A DNA stretch of 64,000 nucleotides, from IMG/VR virus record IMGVR_UViG_3300044695_006401. One strand, written 5' to 3'. The notes beneath the pieces are model-generated. The model had not been told where the DNA came from, ran no database searches, and saw only the letters and a program-made list of their open reading frames with translations. Origin of the DNA: a virus (taxonomy: Duplodnaviria; Caudoviricetes). The translations under genes were made by a program, and so were the position numbers. This document shows positions 28,362 to 38,152 of this stretch, piece by piece (positions within the stretch are counted from its first letter, which is position 1; each line of letters opens with the position of its first letter).

Positions 28362-30596
28362 CTACCTTATTATTGTTAAATTTCCGTGATATTCTTTAAC
28401 CTCATCAGTGTTTGACACACCAAACTGTAAAATCCAAGTATAAGAACCGTCAGGACATATAACATTATTGTATGTACCATCCCAACCAACTTTAGAATCC
28501 ATACTTTCCCATATCACTTCTCCCCAACGATTGTAGATAGTCATGCGATACTGATATAAATCAACACCTGAAGTTATTACCGGTAAAAAATACTGATTAT
28601 GTTCATTACCATCAGGAGTAAATGTATTAGGTATATAAATCAATTCTTGCGGACATAGACTTAGAGCTACGGTAATCGTTTCAGGATTAGAAATACAACC
28701 ATTACTCCATCTCACAACATCAAATTGAAATATACCTTCTTGATCCCAAGTTAAACTAATTGTGGGTCCTTGTAGTGTATCACCAAACACATACCATTCA
28801 TTATAACCAACGAATGGTGATTGTGCTTCATATAAATCTTGTATTGTGTCCCCATCACATATTTCGTGATATTCATAATTAACACCAACCCTCCCATCGA
28901 TTACAGGAATTACGGTCGGTCTTGGGAATACATTTACTGATATTGTGGTATCAAACCAACAACCAGATTGTGTTACAAAATAACTTACACCATCAACCCC
29001 AATAAAACCATTGTTGGGACAATAATCATTCAACCATACATTATTACCACTAAATGTTCCTCCAGCCGGGACAGCAGTAAGAGGTGTACACCCATCGTAT
29101 TCACAAAAAGGTCCGATTTGTGCAACTTGGGGTAATAAATTGAAATTAACTAACGAAAAGTTTACAGGGTTACTCATACACCCAAATTGGTTAATTCCAT
29201 AAACAGATAACACATTATTATAGAATCCACTGTTTTCACCACTTACATCTAAATTAATTTGTTGTGTTCCTTGACCTGATGTTATATTACCTAAATTGGT
29301 TGACCAGTTATATGTCAAATTAGGAAACACACTACCAACATTAAAAATATTGTTTGTCGAATTATAACATAGAGTGTCTGACCCAACTATCGGTGTTAAA
29401 GTTACTTGTGGTGGGTCAACTAAGTTTACGACACCCGTAACACTACAACCAAGTGCGTCCGTAATAGTAAATGGATATGTGCCGGCACATAAACTTAAAT
29501 TTATAAAATTATTTGGTAATTGACCGTTCCACGAAATTGTTTGAACTCCGTTACCACCTTGTGCAATAATATCAATAAAACCATCGCAACTTTGAAAACA
29601 AGTTGGGTTACCGAAATTAATTATTGGTTGAGGTAGGTTTGGTGGACCAGGTAAAACAAATACTGTGTCAGGTCCTAAATTACTGCCTTGACCCGCATTA
29701 CAAGTGTTCCATCCTGCATTACAGGTTGGGTATACAAACTGACAGGTATAATTCGCACCTGCAGCAGGTGGGGTAACGGTTATTGTTGGTCCTGTACCAA
29801 TAGGATTTGGGTTACCGACTTGGTACCAAGTTAAAGTTGGCAAAACTACCGGTCCTGTTGGTGTCCATCGGTAAGCATCATTAACTGCTGTCCATACAGA
29901 TGAGTTTCTACCAGGAACGGCAATTCCAATAGTACCTAATTGATTATGAATACCTTGTGTTGCTGTTCCATTCTGCCATTGTAGACAAGCAGGTTTGTTT
30001 TGAATGTAACTATCAATATAATTTGTTGATTCGTTTATCACAATATGGAATGTTCCAAAGTTATTAGTGCAAGAGAACATAGGCATGTTAGTCCAAGACA
30101 CAATTAACTTTCTACAAGGAGCAACTCCTGTTGTTTGGTATCTGATCTGACCACCAATACCAGGATGCCAGTCTTGCCATGGTCCCATAATACAGTTTTT
30201 AGGGACATTTATATTACCTGTTGGTATAGTTTGTGTTGTGAAGGTTATTGGTTGTGCTGGTGAGAAGGAAATCCACCCATTTGACCCCACCCAAAACTGA
30301 GTATAAGTCTGACCAAAGAAACAAAAGGTAAACCCAATGTTAAAAGGACCTTGTTGTGAGTCATCAGTCATGAATAACTGATTACCTGTGTTAGTTTGAT
30401 TCACATAAGGGATTGGTGCAACACTATAGTTTGTTGTTTGATTAGGTGTAGGTCCACCAACACCACACTGACTAAGGTCTGCAGTTAAGGTTGTGGATCC
30501 AACTCCACACGGAAGAATTTGGTCAGGTCCTAATGCCGGACAGAATTGCGAATACGCAAAAAGGGGGAATAAGAATAAAAGTATTAGATGTTTCAT
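28362..30596 (-). CDS. Secreted adhesin-like protein with T9SS type-B (gliding-motility-associated/CHU_C) C-terminal domain
   Basis: Signal peptide MKHLILLFLFPLFAYSQ; NIDO-like and SprB-repeat-like segments; C-terminal YIPNTFTPDGNEHNQYF...IYNRWGEVIW...GWDGTY...DGSYTW...GNLTIIR. Confidence 0.85.
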   Translation of the reverse strand: MKHLILLFLFPLFAYSQFCPALGPDQILPCGVGSTTLTADLSQCGVGGPTPNQTTNYSVAPIPYVNQTNTGNQLFMTDDSQQGPFNIGFTFCFFGQTYTQFWVGSNGWISFSPAQPITFTTQTIPTGNINVPKNCIMGPWQDWHPGIGGQIRYQTTGVAPCRKLIVSWTNMPMFSCTNNFGTFHIVINESTNYIDSYIQNKPACLQWQNGTATQGIHNQLGTIGIAVPGRNSSVWTAVNDAYRWTPTGPVVLPTLTWYQVGNPNPIGTGPTITVTPPAAGANYTCQFVYPTCNAGWNTCNAGQGSNLGPDTVFVLPGPPNLPQPIINFGNPTCFQSCDGFIDIIAQGGNGVQTISWNGQLPNNFINLSLCAGTYPFTITDALGCSVTGVVNLVDPPQVTLTPIVGSDTLCYNSTNNIFNVGSVFPNLTYNWSTNLGNITSGQGTQQINLDVSGENSGFYNNVLSVYGINQFGCMSNPVNFSLVNFNLLPQVAQIGPFCEYDGCTPLTAVPAGGTFSGNNVWLNDYCPNNGFIGVDGVSYFVTQSGCWFDTTISVNVFPRPTVIPVIDGRVGVNYEYHEICDGDTIQDLYEAQSPFVGYNEWYVFGDTLQGPTISLTWDQEGIFQFDVVRWSNGCISNPETITVALSLCPQELIYIPNTFTPDGNEHNQYFLPVITSGVDLYQYRMTIYNRWGEVIWESMDSKVGWDGTYNNVICPDGSYTWILQFGVSNTDEVKEYHGNLTIIR

Positions 30597-30702
30597 ATAA
30601 TTAATAAATATGAAATACTAAACCTAATACTTCATTTAGTCAAATTAGATTATCAAATATGGGTATTTAGTTATTAAATGATATTTATTAAAATATATCT
30701 AA

Positions 30703-31284
30703 ATGAAATTATTAAAAATACTCAAAGAAAACATTTACGAACAAGGTGGTAAGTTCGGATCGATGATCGATCCTGAGAGCGGAATCTCTGTTGGTCAAAC
30801 TATTGGGTCTTTGGATTTTTCAGACTCGTCAAGTGTTAAGACAAGAAAACCAAAAGATGTATATACTTCAGAAGTAGGTTCAAAAATTATTGCATCGGCA
30901 GAATCTCAAATTGGTAAACCTTATGTGTGGGGATCTGAAAGTGAAAGTGATGGGTTTGATTGTAGTGGATTAGTAACATGGGCATATAATGATGCTGGGG
31001 TTTCAATACCGAGAGGTACCGCACAATCATTTTTTAATAGTGCTGAGAAAATAGATAAAGAAAATGCACAAGTAGGTGATATGATATTTTTTGATGCAAA
31101 TACAGAAAGTAGTGATATTGATCATATTGGTATTGTTCACGCAGTAAATGAAGATGGAACTATAGATATGATACACTCTTCAACAGATAAGGGTGTAAAT
31201 ATTCAAAAAAATGTCTTAAGTGGTTATTATGGAAGGGTATTCAAAGGGTTTGGTAGGATGTCCCAAGTATCTCAAGAACCATAA
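30703..31284 (+). CDS. NlpC/P60 cysteine peptidase with leader
   Basis: IGKPYVWG...FDCSGLV, GDMIFF, HIGIV, MIHSS; starts MKLLKILKENIYEQ. Confidence 0.9.
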   Translation: MKLLKILKENIYEQGGKFGSMIDPESGISVGQTIGSLDFSDSSSVKTRKPKDVYTSEVGSKIIASAESQIGKPYVWGSESESDGFDCSGLVTWAYNDAGVSIPRGTAQSFFNSAEKIDKENAQVGDMIFFDANTESSDIDHIGIVHAVNEDGTIDMIHSSTDKGVNIQKNVLSGYYGRVFKGFGRMSQVSQEP

Positions 31285-31286
31285 AT

Positions 31287-31315
31287 AAAAAAACCGTAAC
31301 TTTCGTCACGGTTTT
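31287..31315. terminator. Probable bidirectional terminator
   Basis: AAACCGTAAC-TTTC-GTCACGGTTT imperfect hairpin between convergent genes. Confidence 0.65.
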
Positions 31316-31336
31316 CCTGCTCAGATGATACGCCTT

Positions 31337-31798
31337 TTATTTTAAAAATCTTAATTTATAAAGTGTAGAATTAATTAATTCACAAACAGTATCAATTTGA
31401 TTTTGAATATAAGAATCTTCACAACAATCTCTTAATTCTATAACTTTTTCACATAAACCTTTCATGTATTTTACAGTGTCTTCAGTACTTTTCCATTCTT
31501 GTAGGTTCATACTTTTATATCCTTTAATAATACCGTATTTACCTTGAAAAGATTCAACTAAACCGTCAACTATCCCATCAATACCTTCATAATAATTTTG
31601 AAGTGCTTTATGTTCTGAATAGGATTCAGTTTGGAGATGTAATGTATGGGCTTGAGTTTGTGAGTGTAAAAGAATAGACATCATTTCTGCAAAGTCCCAA
31701 TTGTTAGTTTCTTTTTCATCTTTTTTATCTTCCTCTTCTTCATTCAAAAAAGAAAATGATTTGTAATTTCTATTTAATAAATCTTTTTTAGTAATCAT
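31337..31798 (-). CDS. Ferritin/Dps-like four-helix protein (DUF5856-like)
   Basis: AHTLHLQTESYSEHKALQNYYE...LVESFQGKYG...IQNQIDTVCELINSTLYKLRFL pattern. Confidence 0.65.
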   Translation of the reverse strand: MITKKDLLNRNYKSFSFLNEEEEDKKDEKETNNWDFAEMMSILLHSQTQAHTLHLQTESYSEHKALQNYYEGIDGIVDGLVESFQGKYGIIKGYKSMNLQEWKSTEDTVKYMKGLCEKVIELRDCCEDSYIQNQIDTVCELINSTLYKLRFLK

Positions 31799-31865
31799 AT
31801 CTAGTCTAGTGCTAGTTTATTTAAAGCTAGTAGCAAGCTTGCTGCCTAGTATTATATTTATAAAT

Positions 31866-32477
31866 ATGCTACTATATGAAGAAATTTTAAAAATTAAGAA
31901 CTTAATGAACTTAAACGAAACCAAAATGGACAAAAACAATTTGTTTTATAAGTTTGATTATTCATCATTTAAAGATGTTCCACCACCTTCAGATTCTAGT
32001 GATCAAACCAAAAAAGAAATAGAATATTTAAGATCTATCAACTTAGATAAATTATTTATTCAAGAAAAAGACGACATGTTAGGAAACTTTATGGAGTTTT
32101 TAGAAGAAAAAAAAATCAAATACAACAAAAAATACCTCAAAAAGGTATATGATGATTTATATCATATTGTTTTAGATTTAAAATCACACTACAAAAGACC
32201 AAGACCGTTTAGATTAGACCCATCCTTAACAGACACAATGTTAGATTCGATGGAAGGGTTTGCCTACCCATCAGGTCACTCCACCACCTCTAATCTTTTA
32301 TGTATGGTTTTATGTGAATTGTATCCTGACTATAAAAAGGATTTTAATAAGATATGTAAAGATATAACAAATTCACGACAAATGGCAAAGGCACATTATC
32401 CTTCTGATATTAGATTTGGTGAAAAGTTAGCAAAATCTATGTTTGATTATTTGAAAAGCAACGATTTAATCCATTAA
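31866..32477 (+). CDS. PAP2-family phosphatase with leader
   Basis: K-x6-RP (KSHYKRPRP), PSGH and SR-x5-H-x3-D (SRQMAKAHYPSD). Start re-called to 31866 (MLLYEEILKIKNLMNLNE) after TATTTAT. Confidence 0.85.
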   Translation: MLLYEEILKIKNLMNLNETKMDKNNLFYKFDYSSFKDVPPPSDSSDQTKKEIEYLRSINLDKLFIQEKDDMLGNFMEFLEEKKIKYNKKYLKKVYDDLYHIVLDLKSHYKRPRPFRLDPSLTDTMLDSMEGFAYPSGHSTTSNLLCMVLCELYPDYKKDFNKICKDITNSRQMAKAHYPSDIRFGEKLAKSMFDYLKSNDLIH

Positions 32478-33017
32478 CTCAGGAATAATCACTTCCTCAA
32501 CATAATAATCAACCTCATTTTGTAATTTACCAAGTTCGTTCTGTAAATATCTATGTTGTTTTTGTTCAAATTTAGACGATATTTGTACATTATCGTATGT
32601 TTCAAATTCACCGTCATCCTCTACGAAGTCTAACATAGCTAAAGATCCGTCTTTTTCTGCAACAATACACCCAACCCACTGAGTGTTATTCCAAGTCACT
32701 ACTCCAAAATACAATTCTACATCATTTTCTATTTCTTCATAGTCAAATTGGAAGGTAAATTCACTACCATCTTGTAGCGTTCTGGTCCATTTTTCACCCA
32801 TTTTACCCTCAAAATCAGTCTGTTTTTGGTCATTTTGGGGGGTAAATTCACCCTTTTTTCCACTATTTAACCACTCAGAATAGGCATTTAGGGTCATTTT
32901 TTCCTCATTTTCAAGGTTTTCATACCCAATTTTACCCATTTTATCTAGAATTTTGTCTATTTCTTGGGTATTTTCGACCAAAAAACGGTATTGTGACTCT
33001 GTAATTACGATTTTCAT
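32466..33017 (-). CDS. Leader-bearing hypothetical protein
   Basis: MKIVITESQYRFLVEN; TATTTAT 4 nt upstream. Confidence 0.75.
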   Translation of the reverse strand: MKIVITESQYRFLVENTQEIDKILDKMGKIGYENLENEEKMTLNAYSEWLNSGKKGEFTPQNDQKQTDFEGKMGEKWTRTLQDGSEFTFQFDYEEIENDVELYFGVVTWNNTQWVGCIVAEKDGSLAMLDFVEDDGEFETYDNVQISSKFEQKQHRYLQNELGKLQNEVDYYVEEVIIPELMD

Positions 33018-33021
33018 ACTA

Positions 33022-33080
33022 ATAAATACCTATTTTGACCGTTATTTTGTTGTATTTTGACCGAAAAAACCTTATTTTTG
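33022..33080. promoter_or_regulatory. Divergent control region: TATTTAT (minus) and TATTTTTG (plus, uvrC) with TATTTTGACCG direct repeats
   Basis: ataaata at 33022-33028; repeats at 33031 and 33053; tatttttg at 33073-33080. Confidence 0.55.
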
Positions 33081-33085
33081 TGTAA

Positions 33086-34360
33086 ATGTTAGTAGAAAAG
33101 CTCCAAAATATCCCAAAAAGTAGTGGTTGTTACCTTTTTAAAGATAAAAAAGGTCAAATTATCTATGTAGGTAAGGCAAAATACCTCCCAAATAGGGTAA
33201 AATCGTACTTTTCTAACAAAAATCACCCAAGTAAGACCCAATTATTGGTAGAAAACATTGTAGATGTGGATTTTTTGACAACTTTAGACGAAAATTCCGC
33301 ATTTATTTTAGAAAATGATCTAATTAAGACCCATAATCCTAAATTTAACATCAAATTGAAGGATGATAGGTCAAAAAAATGGTATTTAACCCTTACAAAT
33401 GACGATTTTCCTCGTTTAGAGGTTAAAAATGATACTAATTTGGACTCAGACCCTTTAATTGAGGTTCCAAGTAGTAGTATGTGTCATGAAATGTATGATT
33501 TATTACACGATATCTTTAATTTACGCTCATGTTCTTATGAATTAACACCTGAAAACATTGAAAATAACAAGTTTAAGGTGTGTTTAGAGTCCCATATGGG
33601 TAGATGTGACGCACCATGTGTATCAAATATTAATAAATTTATCTATCGTGAGGTAATATCTGAACTAAAACAGGTGGTTTTATACAATTTTGACCAATTG
33701 CGAGGTAAATTAATTCGTAAAATGAACGCATTTAGTAAAATTATGGAGTTTGAGAAGGCAAATACTATTAAATTTAGACTAAATGCCCTTGATAAGTACG
33801 AAAAATGTGTAGAATCTGCAAGAATTGGTGGTTATTTGGTGATTGCTGATGAGTTTAAGACTACTTTTGGTCTACAAAACACCCCAATTGACATAGAAAT
33901 GTACGATAACTCCCACACTAATGGGGATTGTCAGGTGTCTGCCCTTGTTAGATACACAAATGGTAAGAAAAACACATCAGAATACCGTAAATTCAACATT
34001 AAAACCGTTGTTGGTCCTGATGATTATGCTTCATTTGATGAGGTTTTACGAAGAAGGTTTACAAGATTACTTAAAGAACGGTCAAAATTACCAGATTTAG
34101 TGATCATCGACGGTGGTAAAGGTCAATTAGGTATAGCAAAGAGAGTATTTGACGAACTTTCACTATCTAATCGTATAGATTTACTATCTATATCTAAAAA
34201 CTCACAGCACAGGTCAGATATTATACATTTTACTGATGGAAATAGTGTAAAATTTGAAAATAAAAAGTTTTTTAACTTACTTGCAACAATTCAGAATGAG
34301 GTTCACCGATTTGTTATTACATTTCACAGAAAAAAAAGGAGTAAATCAGTTATTGGATAA
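33086..34360 (+). CDS. uvrC: Excinuclease ABC subunit C (short form, no C-terminal HhH)
   Basis: GIY-YIG N-terminus (SGCYLFKD...IYVGKA..L..RVKSYF), UVR segment and RNase H-like domain (YDNSH, DDYASF, PDLVIIDGGKGQL, IQNEVHRF). Confidence 0.92.
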   Translation: MLVEKLQNIPKSSGCYLFKDKKGQIIYVGKAKYLPNRVKSYFSNKNHPSKTQLLVENIVDVDFLTTLDENSAFILENDLIKTHNPKFNIKLKDDRSKKWYLTLTNDDFPRLEVKNDTNLDSDPLIEVPSSSMCHEMYDLLHDIFNLRSCSYELTPENIENNKFKVCLESHMGRCDAPCVSNINKFIYREVISELKQVVLYNFDQLRGKLIRKMNAFSKIMEFEKANTIKFRLNALDKYEKCVESARIGGYLVIADEFKTTFGLQNTPIDIEMYDNSHTNGDCQVSALVRYTNGKKNTSEYRKFNIKTVVGPDDYASFDEVLRRRFTRLLKERSKLPDLVIIDGGKGQLGIAKRVFDELSLSNRIDLLSISKNSQHRSDIIHFTDGNSVKFENKKFFNLLATIQNEVHRFVITFHRKKRSKSVIG

Positions 34361-35006
34361 ATTTTGTGTCGTAGTAACCAGCGATGTGACCCCATCTGTC
34401 AGTTAATAAGGGATAATCGTTTAAAATATAGTCAATTGGGTTATATAAATTTTCTGTTTCCCAATAAGTCTCAACATTTGGTAAAAATTCGTCGACATAT
34501 TCAAAAATCGCTTCTTGTATATTGATTTCTTCACCATTTTTTGTCGCTTTAAGTGCTTTTACATTATTTTCTATATAGAGACTTTCATCATCATACGCAT
34601 ATGTTTTGAAACCAACCGATTCTACATGTATTTCGTATCTTTCGTAACCAATAAACGGTGTTCCTGTAACAAATTTTATAATTTTAACAGAATCAAATAC
34701 ATTTTGAATTTTTTCTTTGAGTTCATTATTAAAATAAAGACCTCTTTTAATGCTTGGCAATAAATATGTATTTATTTTTTCATTGATTATTGATTCGAAT
34801 GACTCAACATCTTCAGATAATTCATTCTCCACTATTATTGTATAATAAGATACATTATTTGGATTTTCAAAATTAAAAAATATGTTATACTGACCTTTAG
34901 TTTTGAAACTAGTCTCAACTAAAACGGGAGTCACGATTAATCCATACAAATTAATCTTGTCTCCCGCATATTTTTTAAATAATTCTAATATTTTTTCAGT
35001 GTCCAT
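34350..35006 (-). CDS. Hypothetical protein
   Basis: 218-aa ORF. Confidence 0.7.
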   Translation of the reverse strand: MDTEKILELFKKYAGDKINLYGLIVTPVLVETSFKTKGQYNIFFNFENPNNVSYYTIIVENELSEDVESFESIINEKINTYLLPSIKRGLYFNNELKEKIQNVFDSVKIIKFVTGTPFIGYERYEIHVESVGFKTYAYDDESLYIENNVKALKATKNGEEINIQEAIFEYVDEFLPNVETYWETENLYNPIDYILNDYPLLTDRWGHIAGYYDTKFIQ

Positions 35007-35011
35007 AAGTA

Positions 35012-35305
35012 TTACTCATCACCAAATACACTACTTTGTACTCTAACACCCTTTGGTAATTCAAAATTATCTCTTCTTGGTCTTTCAACTCTTTTATATT
35101 TCTCGGTTGGGAAATCAAAGTTCAATTTATTAAGGGCTCTTGTATATTCTTCACCATATTCTTTAATCCTGTTGATGACATCATCAACCAACTCAGTTTG
35201 TTTGTTATATGCGACCCCAAATCTTAATTCTTTGTCTTCCATTTCTTCGTTAATAACTCTATTAACGATTCTATTGATTTCTGATTCTGTTATTCTTCTT
35301 TCCAT
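35012..35305 (-). CDS. Leader-bearing small protein
   Basis: Start re-called to 35305 (MERRITESEINRIVNRVINEE), which removes the overlap with the upstream gene. Confidence 0.75.
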   Translation of the reverse strand: MERRITESEINRIVNRVINEEMEDKELRFGVAYNKQTELVDDVINRIKEYGEEYTRALNKLNFDFPTEKYKRVERPRRDNFELPKGVRVQSSVFGDE

Positions 35306-35315
35306 TTTTTTATTT

Positions 35316-36593
35316 TTAAAATAATCCTGAAATATCGATGTTATCCAAGTTGTCATCGTCATCTTCGTTAGGTAATGCTTGTCTATATTCCTCTTTTTTA
35401 AGTTCACGAACAATATCGTCAACCATGTCTTGAATAAATTTGTTTCCTTTAGGATCACCGGCTAAAATAAGGTTTGCTACCCTGAAAAATTCTTTAGCGT
35501 CAAGTGCTGAGAAACGCATAAATAAGTAATGTTGTATATGTTTTTTATCCTCATCAAATAATTCCATAGGATATGTTGCCATAAACTTTTCCCAAAAGAT
35601 TGGACCCAAACGAGAGTCCCAAATTTCCGCAGGTAAAGTGTCTTCAGCATTTAAAATCATTTCTTGTTGTCTTGGGTCATCAGGTAAACCATGTGTTCCA
35701 AAGATTTCATAAACACCTTTAACTAACTCGTGAACTAATAATGGGAATGTTACTGCTTTAGCCTTTACTGTGGGTGGATCAGTTTCTTCATCAACTTCTG
35801 ATTGTCCCATTTGACCACCACCACCGCCAGCCATTTGTTCCATATCAGGGAAAATCCAATAAGCATGTTCCATCAAAGATTGTGAAACGCCATATAGGTT
35901 CAATAATCTTGGGTCCATGTCGTTTAGTTCATTTGAAACTAATACATACATATGTCCACCTTTAAATGCTGCCCCTTGAATAAGTGAATTAATGAATCTT
36001 CTTTTAGACCTTTCTAAATTAAATGACTCCATATCGCCCATAAACTCTTCAACTTCTTCTTCACTTGGTAGTTCAGGTTCTTGTTGCATCCCTTCAGCAG
36101 CACCCATTGGTTGCATAACAAGTTCAGCCTTGAACTGCATTGCATCTTCAGGAATTCCCATCTCATCTTTGACAAGTTTGATAGCGAGTTGTTCCAATTC
36201 TTCCTTATGTCTCATTTGGATACCAATGATTTGTTGCATCGCCTGACCAACTGTCATCATCAACTGCATGAGTGGATTACCTCCTTGAATGATTTGGGTA
36301 TTACCCATGTATCTTCTAACTTTATCAACAGAGTCTTTGAATCTTTTTGAAGAAATAAGTTCTATAAAGTCTCTATCCATTTCGGGTATCGCTGGGAAGT
36401 TGTGGTAAGGTGTTTCTTTACCTGTAATCTTTCTTTCGATTCCTGGTTCCATTCTTTCAGGTCCCTCATAATCGATTGGAGCCTCATTTATTTTAGATGA
36501 AAGTTTTGCTAAACGATTCATTTCAGCATTACTTAATCCTTCTAAAACTAATTTAACTCTAAGTTCGTCTCTTTGTTCGATTAATTTTTTCAT
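35316..36593 (-). CDS. Helical hypothetical protein
   Basis: 425-aa ORF, Met/Gln/Glu-rich. Confidence 0.8.
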   Translation of the reverse strand: MKKLIEQRDELRVKLVLEGLSNAEMNRLAKLSSKINEAPIDYEGPERMEPGIERKITGKETPYHNFPAIPEMDRDFIELISSKRFKDSVDKVRRYMGNTQIIQGGNPLMQLMMTVGQAMQQIIGIQMRHKEELEQLAIKLVKDEMGIPEDAMQFKAELVMQPMGAAEGMQQEPELPSEEEVEEFMGDMESFNLERSKRRFINSLIQGAAFKGGHMYVLVSNELNDMDPRLLNLYGVSQSLMEHAYWIFPDMEQMAGGGGGQMGQSEVDEETDPPTVKAKAVTFPLLVHELVKGVYEIFGTHGLPDDPRQQEMILNAEDTLPAEIWDSRLGPIFWEKFMATYPMELFDEDKKHIQHYLFMRFSALDAKEFFRVANLILAGDPKGNKFIQDMVDDIVRELKKEEYRQALPNEDDDDNLDNIDISGLF

Positions 36594-36595
36594 AG

Positions 36596-36925
36596 TTAGT
36601 CTTCAAAATTTAAACCTAATTCATCAAATGATAACCAATTTGGCATATCAACATCATCCATGTCTGCCTTAGGATTTTTCTTTGGTCCTGGTTTTGGTCT
36701 ATACGGTGTTCCGGGTTTCGATGGTTTTGTTGGTGTGTCAACATCGGGTCTTACCGGTGTTTCTACTTCTCTACCTGCAAATTCAGGATCAAAATCTAAA
36801 ACTTCGATATCATCTTCCACTTCGTATTCATCGATTGGCATATTTTGTTCTGAAATAACTCTACCTCTTTCATAACCAAAAAGGTACTTCATTTCTTTTA
36901 ATTCTTTATTTATCTTATTATTCAT
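36596..36925 (-). CDS. Leader-bearing Pro-rich small protein
   Basis: ELKEMKYLFGYERGRVISEQ leader; PYRPKPGPKKNPKA motif. Confidence 0.7.
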   Translation of the reverse strand: MNNKINKELKEMKYLFGYERGRVISEQNMPIDEYEVEDDIEVLDFDPEFAGREVETPVRPDVDTPTKPSKPGTPYRPKPGPKKNPKADMDDVDMPNWLSFDELGLNFED

Positions 36926-36949
36926 AACATGTTTTTTTTATAAATATTA

Positions 36950-38137
36950 TTAAATACCCAAAGTGTCAAGTGATTCCAAGTTATTACTTACACCATCCAA
37001 CCTTTTGATTATTTTTATACTGTCCCTTAATTCAGTGTTATTAGGATCATTTACAACTTCAATAATGTAGATTGATGGGTAGGACTCCATGTCTAAAAAT
37101 TCAGACGCAATATAATATTTATCCTTATCACCTCTATCAACCTGATAGTAAAGGTTTATATAATTTTTATTTATCGAGTCAACCCTTTCAGGACTTTTAT
37201 TCAATCTTTCCAAAACTTCATTAGTGTTTTGATCGGACGATAATCCAACTAACATAAATATTTTTCGTTTTGTATCATAAGACAAATTCAAAGCATCTAT
37301 AAATTTGTAATCTTCAAACTCAATCTTTTTTTCAGGTTCAATAATTTCTTTATTAGAATACTTTGAACATTCCTGAAGAAATTTAGTAATGTCTTTTATA
37401 TCCGCTTTTACTACAACATACTTGAATGATGTTGTCGCTAAAGATATAATCTGATTACAAACTATCTCATAATTAAATGGGACTTCTTTCACTTCTAAAC
37501 ATTCTAATGCGGAATCTAATAGTGATTCATCTATTTGAAACTTTTCAAAATACTGCTCAACTATACTTGTAAGAGCATCTAATATTGACTGAGACACTGA
37601 AAGTTCACCTTCAAACTTAGATGAGGTTTTAACTTCCTCATTACCTCGACCATAGAAAATAGTAGATGAAGATTCAAATTCACCACAAGGATCTTTTAAA
37701 TCTGTATCAGTAGAGATCATATTATTTGGAACTTCGGTTTTTGATGTGACCACAATGTCTCCAACATTAAGATCCTTCCCCTTGGTTATATTAATTTTTT
37801 TAATTACTTGCTTAAAGGTATTAGTCTCGGGAACTATAATTGTGTAATCCGATCTTAGTGGTGTATTTTCAAATTTAAAATTTCCTTCTTCGTCTGTTGT
37901 TGTATCTAAAACTTTTGTAAATGTTCCTGAGCCGTTTGACCCAAAGTAACCGAGAGTTATTTTCAGATTTTTTATACCTACCGTATATTTTTCATACATA
38001 GACAATAAATAATCATCAAGAAAAACCTCACTGACAACTTTACCGAAAATTAAATTTGCAGTTTCTTCGGATAATATTCCATACAAAGACATGATATGTC
38101 TTTTATCATTTTCAGATATAACAAACTTTTTACCCAT
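36950..38137 (-). CDS. Leader-bearing protein with carboxypeptidase-regulatory-like domain and possible thioredoxin-like C-terminus
   Basis: MGKKFVISENDKRHIMSLYGILSEE; TTTDEEGNFKFEN...YTIIV; no CxxC. Confidence 0.55.
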   Translation of the reverse strand: MGKKFVISENDKRHIMSLYGILSEETANLIFGKVVSEVFLDDYLLSMYEKYTVGIKNLKITLGYFGSNGSGTFTKVLDTTTDEEGNFKFENTPLRSDYTIIVPETNTFKQVIKKINITKGKDLNVGDIVVTSKTEVPNNMISTDTDLKDPCGEFESSSTIFYGRGNEEVKTSSKFEGELSVSQSILDALTSIVEQYFEKFQIDESLLDSALECLEVKEVPFNYEIVCNQIISLATTSFKYVVVKADIKDITKFLQECSKYSNKEIIEPEKKIEFEDYKFIDALNLSYDTKRKIFMLVGLSSDQNTNEVLERLNKSPERVDSINKNYINLYYQVDRGDKDKYYIASEFLDMESYPSIYIIEVVNDPNNTELRDSIKIIKRLDGVSNNLESLDTLGI

Positions 38138-38152
38138 ATTAAAATAAATACT

